From the NCBI GenBank assembly GCA_032718475.1, contig JAUCBJ010008949.1, forward strand, positions 1-34,114: a stretch of 34,114 nucleotides of DNA, given 5' to 3'. This DNA comes from Nemertoderma westbladi (lineage: Eukaryota; Animalia; Xenacoelomorpha). The first letter of the stretch is position 1, and every line of letters begins with the position of its first letter. Below, in pieces: positions 30,345 to 34,114 of the stretch. Below the pieces are notes generated by a model, which had not been told where the DNA came from, did not search any database, and saw nothing but the letters and a program-made list of their open reading frames with translations. The position numbers and the translations under genes were made by a program.

Positions 30345-30736
30345 TTAATTAATAGGAGTAAATACTCGTACCGGGCGCGATATCCCAGTCTGCACCCCCA
30401 ACGTTAAACTGTCAAGTATTTAATGCGTGTTTGACTGTCCTCATTATTCATAGGAAATACTATATGAATGTGAGACAAGCAGACGAGGTCTGCTGAGTGA
30501 TGTCAAATAAATTAACCTTTAGTACATCGACCCTATTATTATAATGAAATGATGTTTAACTATCTATCTATCTGTTACTTACTGCCAATTAAAGATAGAT
30601 TATAGATGAAATTTGTTTAAATACTTTGACCCATAAAATAAACTACTGTATGAATCGAAGTTTTATGTTATTATGTCGGGCTTGTCGGCCTATTAATAAA
30701 TTAGTTAATTTGTTTGAATACTTCTGTAATTCATAG

Positions 30737-30849
30737 GCGAAACGTTTAAAGTTAAGAAATCCAGCCAAAGTAGACGAATTCAAAAGAATTTGAAGAAACT
30801 GAAATCTGGAGTTCCAATTTCTACCTCCAACACCGAAGATTCGGAACCG
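30737..30849 (+). CDS. PAXBP1: PAXBP1/GCFC-family protein, coding exon 2 (gene continues beyond the window)
   Basis: TCATAG| acceptor, phase-compatible with exon 1, reads (G)ETFKVKKSSQSRRIQKNLKKLKSG...EP, matching the conserved E.FKVKKSS.S motif; donor |GTGAGT at 30850. Confidence 0.82.
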
Positions 30850-31272
30850 GTGAGTAACAAATTTCGTTCTTCCTGTCGTAGGAATGGGAATATTTAATTG
30901 ACAAAACGAATTTATATAAATAAGAAACGATTCCTAAACGCAACAAAAGGATTCATATTTCAGATCAATTAGTCGTTGGAAGAAATCCTAAGTAAGACTA
31001 GGTCTACTTTGCTACACCAACGACCAGGAATGCATTGGGATATACCTGTAATTTACAGATTCATCCTAAAGTTGAACAACCCTGCAACAGGGATACTGCA
31101 CCTGGTAGATGGAAACATTTACCAATGCCAGGACATGTTTCCAAGGTATGCCGAGGGTTATGGGTCCTCGGTAACCATGCTGAGTCTCACCATGTGGCCT
31201 GGCAAACCAAAATGTGGCATTCGTTTCGTGAGTGGAGAAGACAATGTACATACAGTACAGTGTATTTATTAT

Positions 31273-31492
31273 GGGGTCAGAGAAAACGCGGATCCGGATT
31301 CTACATTTAACATTGTCCCTATGGAAGGCGATTTTTTTTATATTTTTATAACTCCCAAAAATAAAACTATAACCTGTTCTATTGACTTTAGTTTATTGTT
31401 TTGGTTAAAATAACGTCCCACTGTAACCTGCTCCTTTTCCCTTAATTGATAATTTTGGAATCCGGATCCGGATCCGCGTTTTACACCTACCC
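31273..31492. mobile_element. Small degenerate MITE in PAXBP1 intron 2
   Basis: AAAACGCGGATCCGGAT (31283-31299) perfectly inverted at 31466-31482; ends GGGTC.../...CTACCC followed by TTAA on the right only. Confidence 0.6.
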
Positions 31493-32093
31493 TTAATTTT
31501 GCGTGTAAATAACATCATGAGTACCGTATTTACTTCAAATTGTGTTTGGTTACTATTACCTGAGCTCACTAATGAATGATAAATGACGTTCCCATTGCTG
31601 GCGTCATTCAAAATACCGCTTCCAGACACCAAACTGCCAAATCTAATAATAAAGAGTTAATTGTATTTTATATATTAATCAAGCACGTTAAGTAAAAATA
31701 AACCTTACCGCTAGGTATGTCAGTGCCAAAGTATGTAAAAAACTAAAAAGCAACAAGACATAGACGTTGCATGCAATCAGTGATAAAATATGACCCGAAA
31801 ATTTGTATCCGATGCCGACCAAGCCTAATACCGACTCCTCCGCCACAACCTCGAGGGTTTGACGGACTAAAGCGAACGTCCAGTTCGATTAGAAATTGTC
31901 ATAATGATAAGTTCAACGAATTTAAGCGGAATAATATGCTTCCGTTTTCTAATTTGACTATCCTTAAACTTGAGGTTGATATCAATGGAATGGAACTATG
32001 TACTGGTTTTCGATGGCGGATAGGTACATAAAGTATATCCAGTCGGTGGATTTTCTCTAAGGATTCCTTCCTCGTTTTCTTATTAGAGATTAC

Positions 32094-32228
32094 TTGCGAA
32101 CTGGAGTTTGTTGGCTACCGTACCATTGCGAACTGGAGTTTGTTGGCTACCGTACCATTGCGAACTGGAGTTTGTTGGCTACCGTACCATTGCGAACTGG
32201 AGTTTGTTGGCTACCGTACCATTGCGAA
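32094..32228. repeat. Perfect 32-bp minisatellite, 4.2 copies
   Basis: TTGCGAACTGGAGTTTGTTGGCTACCGTACCA at 32094, 32126, 32158, 32190. Confidence 0.97.
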
Positions 32229-32879
32229 TTTCATAGTAACATAACAGCACTCTTGGAAGTTTCTACGAAGGTGCTTAATAAATCGAGTTTAAGGGCTGCC
32301 TTTTAACGGACAATGCGAGATTGACATATTTTGTGACTTTCTCGGGTGACTTATATGAAACTTCCTGAGGATTATAAACACCCTAGCATCCGTATGTATC
32401 CTTCCTAGTATGGCGTCTCAAAAGAATCAAAATCATAGCAATTACTGCAGTCTTTGAAATAATATAATAGTGTATGTAAATAATTAAATCACTCATGAAA
32501 ATAATTTAAATCTTATATAATTTATTTAAATTATTGAAAACGAAACGAAATTGAAATGTCTTTCGTTTCGTTTCGTTATGCCATCCCTGCCTTAGGTTGG
32601 AATTGGAATGTCAATATCGAATTCGTTCTTAAGAAAAAGTTTGTGATAAAGTAGTTGTAAAAACAGAGATCCATTTCAGTTTTCCCTTACACACTTTAAC
32701 TTTATGTCATTTGTAAACCTTCTAACTATGGCTATTTAAGTAAAGTATGACATTTTTAGCTTTACAATACTCTTCTCCTTCATTAGACTCGTTGCGCTCG
32801 TCCTGTTTTGTCTTAAAATAATTTTCTTAAACGGAGACTAACGACCTTTATAACTATGCAAAGTCTCGAAACTGTGAGA

Positions 32880-33813
32880 GTAAATGCTGATTTATGACAC
32901 TGAGTCATATGTGGAATTCGATTGCAGTTCCAATACTAGCTTATTCAATGAAATTCATCATTGGGTCTCTGTCTCAGTCCGAGGCAGCACAGCTGGACAT
33001 TTATTATCGTAAAGCGCTGCGTGGAATTCTCCATTTAGGAACATACGCGAGCAATCAAATAGTATACAGCCTCCTCAGCTGTCGTCCAATATCAACAGAA
33101 GCCTTCAGGGCCGCAATTGGCACCATTTTGAGATGTACAACATGCCCGAACATGATCCTACAGCCCATCTTGAGAACTGCAATTCACACCAATTCAGCTG
33201 TCATACGCTCGTATGCTGGCCTTGCAAGCTCATACTCTAAATCCTGTGTACTGTACACTTCCCTATGCCGGACATGTCATCCATACTCACCTATACTTAC
33301 AGCAAACACGCCCTGTTATCGAGACTAGAGGGAGGGTCACTAACTGTCACAGAACGGGCAAAAAGGGACTTCATAGAAAGCTGCTACAGCTCTCCTCAAT
33401 CCTCCTTCACTGCGAGACACGACCGAATCTTACGATATTTCAACATAATTTAACCCATTGCCGACGTATAGCCGTATTGTACTATATATATTTTTTCCTT
33501 CAATCCGCGCCAATAGTAACCAACTCATAACTAAATTGTCAATGCTCTGTCTCCGTCTATCACGTGTTTGACTGTGCATTGGAGGTGGGGTGTCATGTAA
33601 TCTTACCTGTCGGGTCGGTAGAGTCGGTGCATTAATTACGTGTTTTGTTTATATTCAACAGCTATTCCACGTTTTACTGTTCGTCCCGATACGATATATT
33701 TTAAATTAATTGTGTTATCTCTTATTTTATTATATGGCATCTGCGCCATTTTTATTTACGTGTGCGTCAACAATGTCATTTTAAATGATTAAACAGAAAT
33801 TGAATTGAATTGA
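32880..33813 (+). mobile_element. 3' fragment of a LINE (RTEX-like C-terminal region), frameshifted
   Basis: W.SIAVPILAYS....L......LD.YYRKALRGIL.L...ASN..VY.LL..RPI is typical of post-RT LINE ORF2; ends in a (TTGAA)n tail at ~33798-33813. Confidence 0.75.
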
Positions 33814-33899
33814 ATATGGCAGATGGATACTCGTATCCAATGTAAACTCGTTGCGTTCGTTCGTTTTTACCAAATTTCCGATTCTTTCTAAACTTTTGC

Positions 33900-34044
33900 C
33901 AGATTACATACGTACCAAGTTTCATTTAATTTCATCAAGGAATAACCGAGTTATTAGCGATCAAAAATTTACGACAATGACGACAGACAACTCGGTAATG
34001 GCACCCATATGCTAAGGCTTCGCTCACTTCGTGGCTCACCCCAC
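33900..34044. repeat. End of a non-autonomous repeat related to the 3.6-5.3 kb family
   Basis: TACCAAGTTTCAT, GACGACAGACA and terminal GCTCACTTCGTGGCTCACCCCACA, similar to GCTCGCCATTCGTGTCTCGCCCCACA at 3722-3747 and 5239-5264. Confidence 0.55.
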
Positions 34045-34114
34045 AGGCGTATACTAAATAGGCACTTCGTAGTGATCACTTCGGTATTTAGTATACTCCC
34101 CAATCTGGATGGTC

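Noticed and set aside
30976-32031. Short ORFs and candidate exons in PAXBP1 intron 2 (e.g. 31059-31145 between TTTACAG and GTATGC)
   Set aside because: No family motif recognised, and the region overlaps a MITE. A poorly conserved exon 3 cannot be excluded.
32094-32228. 32-bp repeats as a CRISPR array
   Set aside because: No spacers, no cas genes, and the context is a eukaryotic intron.
30879-32589. hAT-like element with TAGGAATGG/CCATCCCTG ends
   Set aside because: TIR match is short and imperfect, and the flanks (TCCTGTCG vs CCTTAGGT) give no 8-bp TSD.

Overview
AT-rich, spliced eukaryotic (invertebrate metazoan-like) genomic DNA dominated by retroelements, all coding on the + strand. In order: (1) an intact Penelope-like element (RT + C-terminal GIY-YIG, Neptune-like Cys linker) with a minimal hammerhead ribozyme in its 3' pseudo-LTR; (2) a patchwork of non-autonomous repeats carrying CTCF-consensus motifs; (3) a 5'-truncated LINE RT; (4) a ~9 kb BEL/Pao LTR-retrotransposon derivative that keeps a very long Gag and the protease, has lost RT, most of RNase H and most of integrase through two frame-preserving deletions, and carries an extra zinc-knuckle ORF before its PPT; (5) a near full-length Proto2/RTEX-like LINE; (6) an intronless, N-terminally extended COX5A gene; (7) the first two coding exons of a PAXBP1/GCFC-family gene whose introns hold a TTAA-flanked Kolobok-type element, a small MITE, a minisatellite and another LINE 3' fragment. 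The best novelty candidates are the Gag-protease-only BEL/Pao element with its accessory ORF and the extended COX5A. Family assignments come from motif recognition by eye, no database search was run, and element boundaries are approximate unless stated.
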